Made by a program: the position numbers and the translations under genes. A stretch of DNA of 64,000 nucleotides from Alphaproteobacteria bacterium UBA3635 (GTDB taxonomy: Bacteria > Pseudomonadota > Alphaproteobacteria > Rs-D84): the NCBI GenBank assembly GCA_002373935.1, contig DFKW01000004.1, forward strand, positions 27,704 through 91,703. Reading direction: 5' to 3'. Below the pieces are notes generated by a model that worked only from the letters and a program-made list of their open reading frames with translations, was not told where the DNA came from and did not search any database. Of the stretch, positions 50,591 to 59,606 are shown in pieces. How positions within the stretch are numbered: the first letter of the stretch is position 1; every line of letters starts with the position of its first letter.

Positions 50591-52240
50591 GTGACCGAAT
50601 ATGATGTGATTGTTATTGGTGGGGGACACGCCGGGGTAGAGGCCGCGGCGGCATCTGCGCGTCGTGGGGCGCGGACACTGTTATTGACAATGCGCGAATC
50701 CGATATCGGTGCAATGAGTTGCAATCCATCAATCGGGGGACCGGGCAAATCACAAATGGTTGCCGAAATCGCGGCATTGGGTGGCGTTATGCCACGGGCG
50801 GCGGACACGGCCGGGATACATTTTCGAACCCTGAACGCGACGCATGGCGCGGCAACACGCGCGTTACGCGCACAAATTGACCGTGATTTATATCATGCGG
50901 CGGTCATGAAAATTTTAGACAACACACCAAATTTAACAATTCAATTTGAAAAAGTTTCTGATTTAGATTTGCAAAAAAAGACCGTAAACAATGCATACAG
51001 CGCGCGCGCAATCATTTTAACAACCGGAACATTTATGCACGGATTGGTGACGCGTGGGGCCGAGAAAATTCCATCTGGTCGTTTAATGGATGACGGCGAA
51101 TACCAAGAAAACGATACACTTATTTCCGGTGTTTTACGCAAAAGCGGTTTTGATTTAATGCGCCTCAAAACCGGCACGCCGGCACGCATTTATCGCGATA
51201 GTATTGATTTTTCCGGGTTAGAGGAACAACCCGGCGACATGCCGCATGATTGGTTTATGTTTGGGGACGAAAATAACAATTATAATGAAAAATGCTATAT
51301 CACGCACACAACGGGCGCAACACATGAAATTATTCGCGAAAATATAGCATCTGCGCCGATGTATAATGGTGACATACATGGTACCGGTCCGCGCTATTGC
51401 CCCAGTTTGGAAGACAAAGTTATGCGTTTTCCCGAACACACTTCGCATCATGTGTTTTTAGAACCCGAGGGGTTGAATAGTGATTTAATTTATCCAAACG
51501 GCATTTCGACTTCGTTTGGCGCGGATATACAAGATAAATGGATTCGCACAATTCCGGGCCTGGTAAATGCGCGCGTTGCACGATACGGTTATGCGATTGA
51601 ATACGATGCGATTGATGCGCGGGCATTAAAATCTACATTGGAATCCAAAGATGTTGCGGGTCTCTTTTTTGCGGGTCAAATCAATGGCACATCGGGTTAT
51701 GAAGAGGCCGCCGCCCAAGGCGTTATCGCGGGCGCAAATGCCGCCGCATATGCATTGAATCTGGGGAAATTGGTGTTAGACCGAACAAATTCTATGATTG
51801 GGGTTTTAATCGATGATATCACAACACTGGGGGTGGACGAGCCATATCGTATGTTCACATCGCGTGCGGAATATCGATTAAACCTGCGTGCAGATAATGC
51901 GGTGGCGCGGTTAGGGCAAACAGGTGTAGATTTGGGTCTGATATCGCCGGGCGATTATGCAAAATTATATGCCGTGCATGCCGACGAAATCCGTGAAAAC
52001 GATAAAATGTATGCCGGATACATCGAACGCAACGCGCGGGAAATGGCGGCGGTGCGGCGCGATATGGACATAAAAATACCGGTTGAGGTGGATTATACAG
52101 GCATGCCGGGACTGACCAACGAATTGATTGAAAAATTGTCGCGCACGCGCCCGGAAAACATCGCGGCATTGTCGCGCATACCGGGCATGACACCAGCAGG
52201 CATTATGGTTGTTTTAAGAAAGATTAAATCAACAAAGTGA
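50591..52240 (+). CDS. mnmG: tRNA uridine 5-carboxymethylaminomethyl modification enzyme (GidA)
   Basis: [67 protein letters not shown]. Confidence 0.97.
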   Translation: MTEYDVIVIGGGHAGVEAAAASARRGARTLLLTMRESDIGAMSCNPSIGGPGKSQMVAEIAALGGVMPRAADTAGIHFRTLNATHGAATRALRAQIDRDLYHAAVMKILDNTPNLTIQFEKVSDLDLQKKTVNNAYSARAIILTTGTFMHGLVTRGAEKIPSGRLMDDGEYQENDTLISGVLRKSGFDLMRLKTGTPARIYRDSIDFSGLEEQPGDMPHDWFMFGDENNNYNEKCYITHTTGATHEIIRENIASAPMYNGDIHGTGPRYCPSLEDKVMRFPEHTSHHVFLEPEGLNSDLIYPNGISTSFGADIQDKWIRTIPGLVNARVARYGYAIEYDAIDARALKSTLESKDVAGLFFAGQINGTSGYEEAAAQGVIAGANAAAYALNLGKLVLDRTNSMIGVLIDDITTLGVDEPYRMFTSRAEYRLNLRADNAVARLGQTGVDLGLISPGDYAKLYAVHADEIRENDKMYAGYIERNAREMAAVRRDMDIKIPVEVDYTGMPGLTNELIEKLSRTRPENIAALSRIPGMTPAGIMVVLRKIKSTK

Positions 52241-52695
52241 GAAAAATTATGCGAAAATTTACAAATGATGATTATGCCGATTTATTAAAAATTTTGCCAA
52301 TAACACACATTGATATTATTGGACCAGAAGATAATTTTACATTTGTTCCTGTAAAAGTGACAGATTATAAATTTGCAAATTATACTTTGACGTATACATA
52401 CGGACCGTCTGTTCCATACGAACAAATAGACATCTGTAATCGTGAAAAACAGATTGATGATAAATATTGTTCTCCAAATGAACAATCTTTGCCGTCAAAT
52501 AAACTTGTGCGTGATATGTATAGTGCCGTAAGTATAGAAGCAAAAAATATTATAGAACATAATTCTGTGGTTGCATTATATGAACAGTTTAAAGATAAAT
52601 TTCCATTGGAAATGCCTATAAACAAACGCATAGATGCAATAAAAGAACTAAATCAGATATTAAACAAACATATCGCACCATATAAATCTAAATAA
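52237..52695 (+). CDS. AT-rich hypothetical protein
   Basis: ORF overlapping the mnmG stop; start could be ATG 52249. Confidence 0.65.
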   Translation: MRKIMRKFTNDDYADLLKILPITHIDIIGPEDNFTFVPVKVTDYKFANYTLTYTYGPSVPYEQIDICNREKQIDDKYCSPNEQSLPSNKLVRDMYSAVSIEAKNIIEHNSVVALYEQFKDKFPLEMPINKRIDAIKELNQILNKHIAPYKSK

Positions 52696-52740
52696 AACCG
52701 CTTGAAAATTGCATTTTTGTAGGTTATTATACGCGCATAC

Positions 52741-52816
52741 GCCGGAATAGCTCAGCTGGTAGAGCATCTCATTCGTAATGAGGGGGTCGCAGGTTCAAGT
52801 CCTGTTTCCGGCACCA
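52741..52816 (+). tRNA. tRNA-Thr(CGT)
   Basis: GCCGGAA acceptor stem, TTCGTAA anticodon loop, GTTCAAGTC, CCA; TTGAAA-17-TATTAT promoter upstream. Confidence 0.96.
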
Positions 52817-52900
52817 CCCTTCGCCCTGCGGGCTACGGGTGGCAAGCCACGAAAAAATTTACCCCACACAACAAAGTGTGGGGTTTATTTTTTTATGGGG

Positions 52901-53197
52901 TTATTTTTGTTTTTTATTAAACTTTTTTAATCTTTGTTCGGCGTTGGCCTTGGCAGATATATATGCATCCATTGGCATTTGCGCAATACGATACACATTT
53001 GAATCATATGCATCCGGAAAACATTCAAAAAACGAACGCGATGAATTATGCGATACTTTCCGCGCATCACAAATACTGCGCATTGGGACAATAATCCACG
53101 ACGACAAAAAAGCTAATACGGACACACCCAATGTTTTCCCAGATATTAATAAAAAATTTTCTATTTTTATTTGTTGCAGATTTTTATTTTTCTTCAT
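52901..53197 (-). CDS. Small hypothetical membrane protein
   Basis: 98-aa ORF with one hydrophobic segment, convergent on the tRNA terminator. Confidence 0.55.
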   Translation of the reverse strand: MKKNKNLQQIKIENFLLISGKTLGVSVLAFLSSWIIVPMRSICDARKVSHNSSRSFFECFPDAYDSNVYRIAQMPMDAYISAKANAEQRLKKFNKKQK

Positions 53198-53300
53198 CTT
53201 TCGCCTTTATACATAATAAAACATAGCACACTTGGTGCGGATGTCAATTTTTTATAAAAAAAACTGGAAATGGGCGAAAATATATACTAACATTTGAACC

Positions 53301-53333
53301 ATGAACAAAAAAACAATAATTATTATTAAATAG
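53301..53333 (+). CDS. Putative ileS leader peptide MNKKTIIIIK
   Basis: ATG AAC AAA AAA ACA ATA ATT ATT ATT AAA TAG: four tandem Ile codons ~80 nt upstream of ileS. Confidence 0.75.
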   Translation: MNKKTIIIIK

Positions 53334-53340
53334 TCGGCGG

Positions 53341-53383
53341 TGCGCTTTGGCGTATGGCCCGGGCGCGCATGCGCCCGTTTTTT
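53341..53383 (+). terminator. ileS attenuator (terminator with possible antiterminator)
   Basis: CGGGCGC-GCAT-GCGCCCG-TTTTTT; TGCGCTTTGG (53341-53350) can pair with the 5' arm. Confidence 0.72.
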
Positions 53384-53414
53384 AATAATAAAAACACTAT
53401 AAAAGGTATAAAAC

Positions 53415-56400
53415 ATGGCATATCCAAAAACAGAACCCAAGGCCGATTTTTCGGCAATCGAACACCACGTAATCGAATTTTGGCGTGGCGATGACACTTT
53501 CCATAAAAGTTTGAACAAAACAAAATTGGGACATCCGTTTTCTTTCTATGACGGGCCACCGTTTGCCAATGGTTTGCCACACTGGGGGCATTTGGGTGTG
53601 TCTGCGGTCAAAGATATGGTATCGCGTTTCCACACTATGCGTGGGGAATATGTTGAACGCGCGTTGGGTTGGGATTGCCACGGGTTGCCGGCGGAAAGTT
53701 CGGTGGAAAAAAAGCAGGGTCGCACCGCCAAAGATATTGTGGCGGCGGATGGTATTGATGTGTTCTGTGATTTATGCCGGCGGGATGTTATGACATATTC
53801 AACCGAGTGGTTGCGTTATTTTGAACGCATGGGGCGTTGGGTTGATGGTGGCGATGAAATGGGATATCGCACAATGGATAAAAATTTTATGGAGTCCGTT
53901 ATTTGGGGATTAAAACAATTATATGACCGCGGGCTGTTGTATAAAGATTTCAAAGTCAATCCATACGATTGGAAATTAGGAACGGTTTTATCTAATTCCG
54001 AGGCATCAAGTGAATATCAAGATATTGTCGATGATACGGTGACGGTTTGGTTCGAACTGGAAAATGGCGATCGGGCGATTGCATGGACAACAACACCATG
54101 GACTTTGCCGGCGAATTCTGCGTTGGCGGTGAATAAAAAAATGAAATATGTTCGCATGCGCCACGATGACGGTCATGTCTATGTCTTGGCAGAATCGCGC
54201 GTCAAAGCATATGATAAAATTTTTGCAAATTCTGAAAATTTGGGAACCGTTATGGGTGCCGATTTGGTTGGTATGCATTATACGCCAATATTCCCATACT
54301 ACACCGATTTGGCGGCGGCGGGACATGGGCTTTATACCATTATTTCTGGTGATTATGTGTCCGACAGTGACGGTACCGGTATCGTGCATATTGCGCCCGC
54401 ATACGGCGAAGACGACTATATCGTTGCGCGTGCGATTGACCCGCAATTTCCAATCATATTAAATGTTGATGATTATGGTAATTTCGACGAAACGGTTCGT
54501 GATTGGGCGGGTGAAAATATTTTTGTTGCCAATCCAAAAATTATTGATTGGTTGCGTCAAACAGGTCGTTTGGTAAAAAAAGACCAACACAAACACAGTT
54601 ATCCGTTTGGACCACGCAGTCATGAAAAACTGATTTATCGTGCAACAGATGCATGGTATATCAATGTGCCGAAAATCCGTGAACGCCTGGTTGAAATTAC
54701 AAAGAACGACACCACATGGACCAGTGCCGGCAACCGGTTTATGTCGTGGATTGAAAATGCGCGCCCGTGGGGTATTTCGCGCAATCGGTTCTGGGGCGTG
54801 CCTTTGCCGATTTGGGAACGCGACGGCGAATACAAAATTTTTGGTTCTATCGCCGAATTGCAAGAATTTTTCGGTGTCCAAATAAATGATTTGCATCGCC
54901 CGACATTGGACGGGTTGGAACGCGATGGTTGGCATCGCATAACCGATGTTTTGGATTGCTGGGTGGAATCGGGGTCTATGCCATTTGCATCACTGCATTA
55001 CCCGTTTGAAAACAAAGATTTGTTCGAAAAAACTTTCCCGGCAAATTATATTATCGAAGGCCAAGACCAAACACGCGGTTGGTTCTATGCTTTGATGGTG
55101 ATGGCGGTTGCATTGTTTGATAAACCAGCGTTTCGCGTCGTATCTGCAAACGGTATGATTGTTGATGAAAACAAACGCAAGTTTTCAAAATCATTACAAA
55201 ACTTTGTTGACCCGACCGAGCAAATCGAAACATACGGTGCAGATGCAATTCGTTTGTTTATCTTGGGCAGTAATTTTATGAAGGCCGAACCCGTCGGTGT
55301 TGATAAAGAGGGTCATGTATTTGCCGACACAATCAAAACAATTTTAACACCACTGTGGAACGCGTATCATTTTTGGACACTGTATGCAAACGCCGGAAAT
55401 ATTACGGCGGTGGCGGATGCGACATCAACAAATCCATTGGATAAATACATCGTTGCCGAATTGAACGAAGTTGTGCGCATAACCACCGATGCATTAAATG
55501 AATATAAACCTGATATTGCCGTCAAAGAATTTGTTCGATTCTTGGATGTGTTAAACAACTGGTACATTCGTCGTGGACGCGCGCGTTTCTGGGACGAAGA
55601 AAGGGACGCGTTTAACACACTGTATTATGTGTTGACGGAATTTTGCAAGATATTGGCACCGTTTGCACCGTTTATTTCCGAATACATTTATAAAAATTTA
55701 ACGGGTGCGGAATCGGTGCACTTAGAGAATTGGCCGGTGGCGCAAGATATTGACCGCACCATCGTCAATGATATGCGTCGCGTGCAATCGATTGTATCTG
55801 TCGGAAAACAGTTGCGCGAACAATATAAACTGCGTAATCGGTTGCCATTGAAATCTGTGACAATTGCCGGCGGAAACACACAACAATATACCGATATTAT
55901 TCGTGATGAATTAAATGTCAAAGATGTGAAATTCATCGATGATATTAAATCTGTGGCGGATTCGTTTGTGTATTTAATCACACCAAAAATAGGTGCGCGC
56001 CTGGGTTCGGCGTTGCGTGAAATTGTGCCGGCCGTAAAACAGGGCAATTACAAAATCGATGGTGATAAATTAGTTGTCGGCGAATATACATTGAACGCGG
56101 ATGAATTTGAAAATCGTCTGACGGTGCGTGATGGTGTCACCGGTGCGGCGTTGCCGGACAATACAACCGTTGTTGTGTTGAATACCGAAATTACACCTGA
56201 ATTGGTGCAAGAGGGCCTGGCCAATGACGCGTTGCGCTTTATCCAAGATTCACGGAAAGCGGCGAACTTGGATGTGTCGGACAGAATAAAAATGGTCTAT
56301 TCGGGTGATGATGAAATCGTTGCGGCGGTTGATGTGCATAACGCCCGCATTAAAAACGATGCGTTGATTGTTGAATTGTCGCGTGGTGCGGCCACACAAT

Positions 56401-56453
56401 TTACAACCGAAATCGAGGGTCATCCGTTCGCAATAGATATCAAAAAAGCATAA
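53415..56453 (+). CDS. ileS: Isoleucine--tRNA ligase (IleRS2 type)
   Basis: DGPPFANGLPHWGH, GWDCHGLP, WTTTPWTLP, ISRNRFWG, EGQDQTRGWFY, KFSKS; IleRS2-type C-terminus without a zinc finger. Confidence 0.96.
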   Translation: MAYPKTEPKADFSAIEHHVIEFWRGDDTFHKSLNKTKLGHPFSFYDGPPFANGLPHWGHLGVSAVKDMVSRFHTMRGEYVERALGWDCHGLPAESSVEKKQGRTAKDIVAADGIDVFCDLCRRDVMTYSTEWLRYFERMGRWVDGGDEMGYRTMDKNFMESVIWGLKQLYDRGLLYKDFKVNPYDWKLGTVLSNSEASSEYQDIVDDTVTVWFELENGDRAIAWTTTPWTLPANSALAVNKKMKYVRMRHDDGHVYVLAESRVKAYDKIFANSENLGTVMGADLVGMHYTPIFPYYTDLAAAGHGLYTIISGDYVSDSDGTGIVHIAPAYGEDDYIVARAIDPQFPIILNVDDYGNFDETVRDWAGENIFVANPKIIDWLRQTGRLVKKDQHKHSYPFGPRSHEKLIYRATDAWYINVPKIRERLVEITKNDTTWTSAGNRFMSWIENARPWGISRNRFWGVPLPIWERDGEYKIFGSIAELQEFFGVQINDLHRPTLDGLERDGWHRITDVLDCWVESGSMPFASLHYPFENKDLFEKTFPANYIIEGQDQTRGWFYALMVMAVALFDKPAFRVVSANGMIVDENKRKFSKSLQNFVDPTEQIETYGADAIRLFILGSNFMKAEPVGVDKEGHVFADTIKTILTPLWNAYHFWTLYANAGNITAVADATSTNPLDKYIVAELNEVVRITTDALNEYKPDIAVKEFVRFLDVLNNWYIRRGRARFWDEERDAFNTLYYVLTEFCKILAPFAPFISEYIYKNLTGAESVHLENWPVAQDIDRTIVNDMRRVQSIVSVGKQLREQYKLRNRLPLKSVTIAGGNTQQYTDIIRDELNVKDVKFIDDIKSVADSFVYLITPKIGARLGSALREIVPAVKQGNYKIDGDKLVVGEYTLNADEFENRLTVRDGVTGAALPDNTTVVVLNTEITPELVQEGLANDALRFIQDSRKAANLDVSDRIKMVYSGDDEIVAAVDVHNARIKNDALIVELSRGAATQFTTEIEGHPFAIDIKKA

Positions 56454-57104
56454 ATGATAACGCCGCAAAAGTTTTTTGAAATCGTTCCGCAAAATATCAA
56501 TATGGATATTCGGTCGGAATTATATTCGATAAACGAATTTACTTTTGCGGTGGCGGTAATACTGTCTGCCCAGGCAACCGATAAAAAAGTGAACGAGGTC
56601 ACACCTGAATTATTCCGCGTTGCGCCGACACCTGCAAAAATGTTGGAATTGGGGATTGACGGGTTAAAGCAACACATACGGGTTATTTCTTTTTTTAATA
56701 ACAAAGCAAACAATATTATTAAATTGGCTGAAATATTGGCAGACAGGCAGGGCGAGAATTGGAAATTTCCATCAATCTATCACACTCGCGACGCCTTGAT
56801 TAAATTACCCGGGGTCGGTGGCAAGACCGCAAATGTTATAACAAATGTTTTGTGGGGTGCGCCAAACATCGGGGTTGATACGCACGTGTTTCGATTGGCG
56901 CATCGGTATGGATGGGTTGGTGCGGCGGACAATACGCCCGACAAAGTCGAAGAAAAATTACGCAAAAAAATACCACAAAAATATCACGCAATTACAAATC
57001 ATGTGATGGTTTTGTTTGGGCGATATACTTGCACAGCACTGCGCCCAAAATGTGTGGACTGCCCCGTTGCAAAATGGTGTAATTCAGATGACAAAAATAT
57101 ATAA
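56454..57104 (+). CDS. nth: Endonuclease III
   Basis: VILSAQATD, LPGVGGKTANV, VDTHVFR, C..RPKC..CP...C. Confidence 0.95.
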   Translation: MITPQKFFEIVPQNINMDIRSELYSINEFTFAVAVILSAQATDKKVNEVTPELFRVAPTPAKMLELGIDGLKQHIRVISFFNNKANNIIKLAEILADRQGENWKFPSIYHTRDALIKLPGVGGKTANVITNVLWGAPNIGVDTHVFRLAHRYGWVGAADNTPDKVEEKLRKKIPQKYHAITNHVMVLFGRYTCTALRPKCVDCPVAKWCNSDDKNI

Positions 57105-57130
57105 AAACACCGGTGTTTACCGGTATTTTT
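57103..57130. terminator. Bidirectional terminator, same repeat family
   Basis: AAAAACACCGGTGTTTACCGGTATTTTT. Confidence 0.7.
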
Positions 57131-57371
57131 ATAATATTTGTTCTATAAATTTGATAATTTCTTCATCGGTTAATTTTAACACGCGCAACCAACGAATTGT
57201 TTCCATAATATCTAAACGCCGTTCATACGTTTCAACACGACCAACACAACAATGCGTGACTTTCAATTTAGATGCCAAATCACGTTGTGTCCAACCGAGT
57301 TTTTTTCTAATTTCAACCATTTGGTCAATCATACCACGGTATTTTTCTTGAAAAATCGTTTTCTTATTCAT
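57129..57371 (-). CDS. XRE HTH regulator, candidate controller of the adjacent R-M-like pair
   Basis: IRKKLGWTQRDLASKL...VETYERRLD. Confidence 0.85.
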   Translation of the reverse strand: MNKKTIFQEKYRGMIDQMVEIRKKLGWTQRDLASKLKVTHCCVGRVETYERRLDIMETIRWLRVLKLTDEEIIKFIEQIL

Positions 57372-57443
57372 GATATCATTTTGATATCAAATATTTCTTG
57401 AACTCAAATTGAGAGCAAGTATAATATATAAAAAGGACAAAAA

Positions 57444-58466
57444 ATGCCTAATACACGTGAAGCATTGGGAAATGCACACCAAAATAGACAGGACGAATTT
57501 TATACCCAGCGTAGCGACATAGAAAAAGAATTAAATAATTACAATCACTTATCAAAACACAACCATTTTAAAGACAAGGTTGTTTTTTGTAATTGTGATG
57601 ACCCAACAGAATCAAATTTTTTTAAATATTTTGCTGATAATTTTACTGCATTGGGGTTAAAAAAGTTAATTTGCACACATTATGAACCAGACGAAAACAA
57701 AAAATCTTATGTTTTAACAATAAGTCGTGGTCGCGATATTAATAAAGACGGCAAAATAAATAGACATGATGTTGTCAAAAACGAAATGTTATTTTCTAAT
57801 GGTGATTTTCGTAGCCCTGAATGTATAGAATTTTTAAAAGAAGCAGATATTGTTTGCACAAACCCGCCATTTTCGTTATTTCGCGAATACATAGCCCAAT
57901 TAATGAAACACAACAAGAAATTCTTAATTATCGGCAATCAAAACGCCATAACATATAAAGAGTTTTTTCCACTTATAAAAGAAAACAAAGTGTGGCTGGG
58001 GTGCACTATGAACGGGTCAAACCGTTGGTTTAGGGTACCAAATTATTTTAAAGACTCTGCATCAACTAAAATCGGTGATGGAAACGATAGTTTTGAAAAG
58101 GGTGTTAAATATTGTTTCGTAAAGGCCGTTGTATGGTTTACAAATCTGGATTGTCAAAAAAGACATGAAGATTTTATTCCGCGTAATTATAAAAATTATA
58201 ATGAAAATGATTATCAAAAATATGACAATTATGATGCGATAAATGTTGATAATGTAAATAATATTCCTGTTGATTACTATGGTATTATTGGTGTTCCAAT
58301 AACTTTTTTACACAAATACAACCCCGAACAATTTGAAATTATAGGTTTAGAAAGATATACCGCGCCAAAAGACATTTTGATTGGCGGTAGATTGGCGATT
58401 AACGGCAAACCAACTTATGCACGTATTTTAATTCGTAGAAAAAAGGAAACAAAAAATGGAAATTAA
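57444..58466 (+). CDS. Adenine-specific DNA methyltransferase, EcoRI family
   Basis: DEFYT, VFCNCDDP, GDFRS.EC, VCTNPPFSLFREY, YDNYDAINV, GVPITF. Confidence 0.9.
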   Translation: MPNTREALGNAHQNRQDEFYTQRSDIEKELNNYNHLSKHNHFKDKVVFCNCDDPTESNFFKYFADNFTALGLKKLICTHYEPDENKKSYVLTISRGRDINKDGKINRHDVVKNEMLFSNGDFRSPECIEFLKEADIVCTNPPFSLFREYIAQLMKHNKKFLIIGNQNAITYKEFFPLIKENKVWLGCTMNGSNRWFRVPNYFKDSASTKIGDGNDSFEKGVKYCFVKAVVWFTNLDCQKRHEDFIPRNYKNYNENDYQKYDNYDAINVDNVNNIPVDYYGIIGVPITFLHKYNPEQFEIIGLERYTAPKDILIGGRLAINGKPTYARILIRRKKETKNGN

Positions 58467-59559
58467 ATTAAAAGAAGTAACTATTCGTGAACTTGCCAAA
58501 GGTTATGTTGATAATATGGAAGACGGTGTTGTCGCGTATTCTGGGCGATTGGATGTTCGCCCGGCATATCAACGGGAATTTGTATATAAAGACAAACAAC
58601 GCGATAATGTTATTGATTCTGTTCGTAAAAATTATCCGTTAAATGTTATGTATTGGGTTGATAATGGAAATGACCAATATGAAATTTTAGACGGTCAACA
58701 ACGCACAGTTTCTATATGCCAGTATGTTAACGGGTATTTTTCAATAAACGACAGACAATTTGATTCTTTGGAACAAGACGAACAAGATAAAATTTTAGAT
58801 TATCAATTACAAGTTTATGTTTGTTCAAATGGAACAGATTCTGAAAAATTAGAATGGTTCAGGACTATAAATATTGCTGGCGAAAAATTATCTGACCAAG
58901 AATTACGTAATGCCACATATCGTGGGCCATGGTTGACCGAGGCAAAAAAACATTTCTCTAAAACCAATAATCCTGCCCAGGCAATCGGCGATAAATACAT
59001 TTCTGCAAAATGGAACAGACAAGAAGGTTTAGAAACGGTTTTATCTTGGATATCAGATGATAAAATAGAAAGGTATATGAACGAACACCAAAAAGATTCT
59101 AACGATAATGAATTATGGTTATATTTTCAATCTGTAATTGCTTGGGTAAAAACATTATTTCCAAATTACCGAAAAGAAATGAAATCTGTTAATTGGGGAT
59201 TGTTATATAATACATATCATACAAAATCGTTTGATGCCACAGAATTGGAAAAACAAATCTCTGTTTTGATGCAAGATAGCGAAGTTGAAAATAAACGTGG
59301 TATTTATGAGTATATATTTGATAACAACCAAAAACACCTTAATTTACGACAATTTGATGATAATATAAAACGCACTGTTTATGAAAAACATGGCGGTATT
59401 TGCCCAATGTGTCGTGGAACCGTAAATGAAAATAAAAAATGGGAAATCAGCGAAATGGAAGCTGATCATAATATTCCTTGGTCAAAGGGTGGAAAAACAG
59501 TAGAAGAAAATTGTGTAATGTTATGCAGACAACACAATCGTGAAAAAAGCGACAAGTAA
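58456..59559 (+). CDS. DUF262 (ParB-like) + HNH endonuclease
   Basis: PAYQREFVY, LDGQQR, FRTIN..G, C-terminal CPMC...EADHNIPWSKGGKT..NC..LC..HN..K. Confidence 0.88.
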   Translation: MEIKLKEVTIRELAKGYVDNMEDGVVAYSGRLDVRPAYQREFVYKDKQRDNVIDSVRKNYPLNVMYWVDNGNDQYEILDGQQRTVSICQYVNGYFSINDRQFDSLEQDEQDKILDYQLQVYVCSNGTDSEKLEWFRTINIAGEKLSDQELRNATYRGPWLTEAKKHFSKTNNPAQAIGDKYISAKWNRQEGLETVLSWISDDKIERYMNEHQKDSNDNELWLYFQSVIAWVKTLFPNYRKEMKSVNWGLLYNTYHTKSFDATELEKQISVLMQDSEVENKRGIYEYIFDNNQKHLNLRQFDDNIKRTVYEKHGGICPMCRGTVNENKKWEISEMEADHNIPWSKGGKTVEENCVMLCRQHNREKSDK

Positions 59560-59590
59560 AAAAAACACCGGTAAACACCGGTGTTTTTTT
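59558..59590. terminator. Bidirectional terminator, same repeat family
   Basis: AAAAAAACACCGGTAAACACCGGTGTTTTTTT. Confidence 0.75.
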
Positions 59591-59606
59591 AATATTTTGA
59601 TTTATT

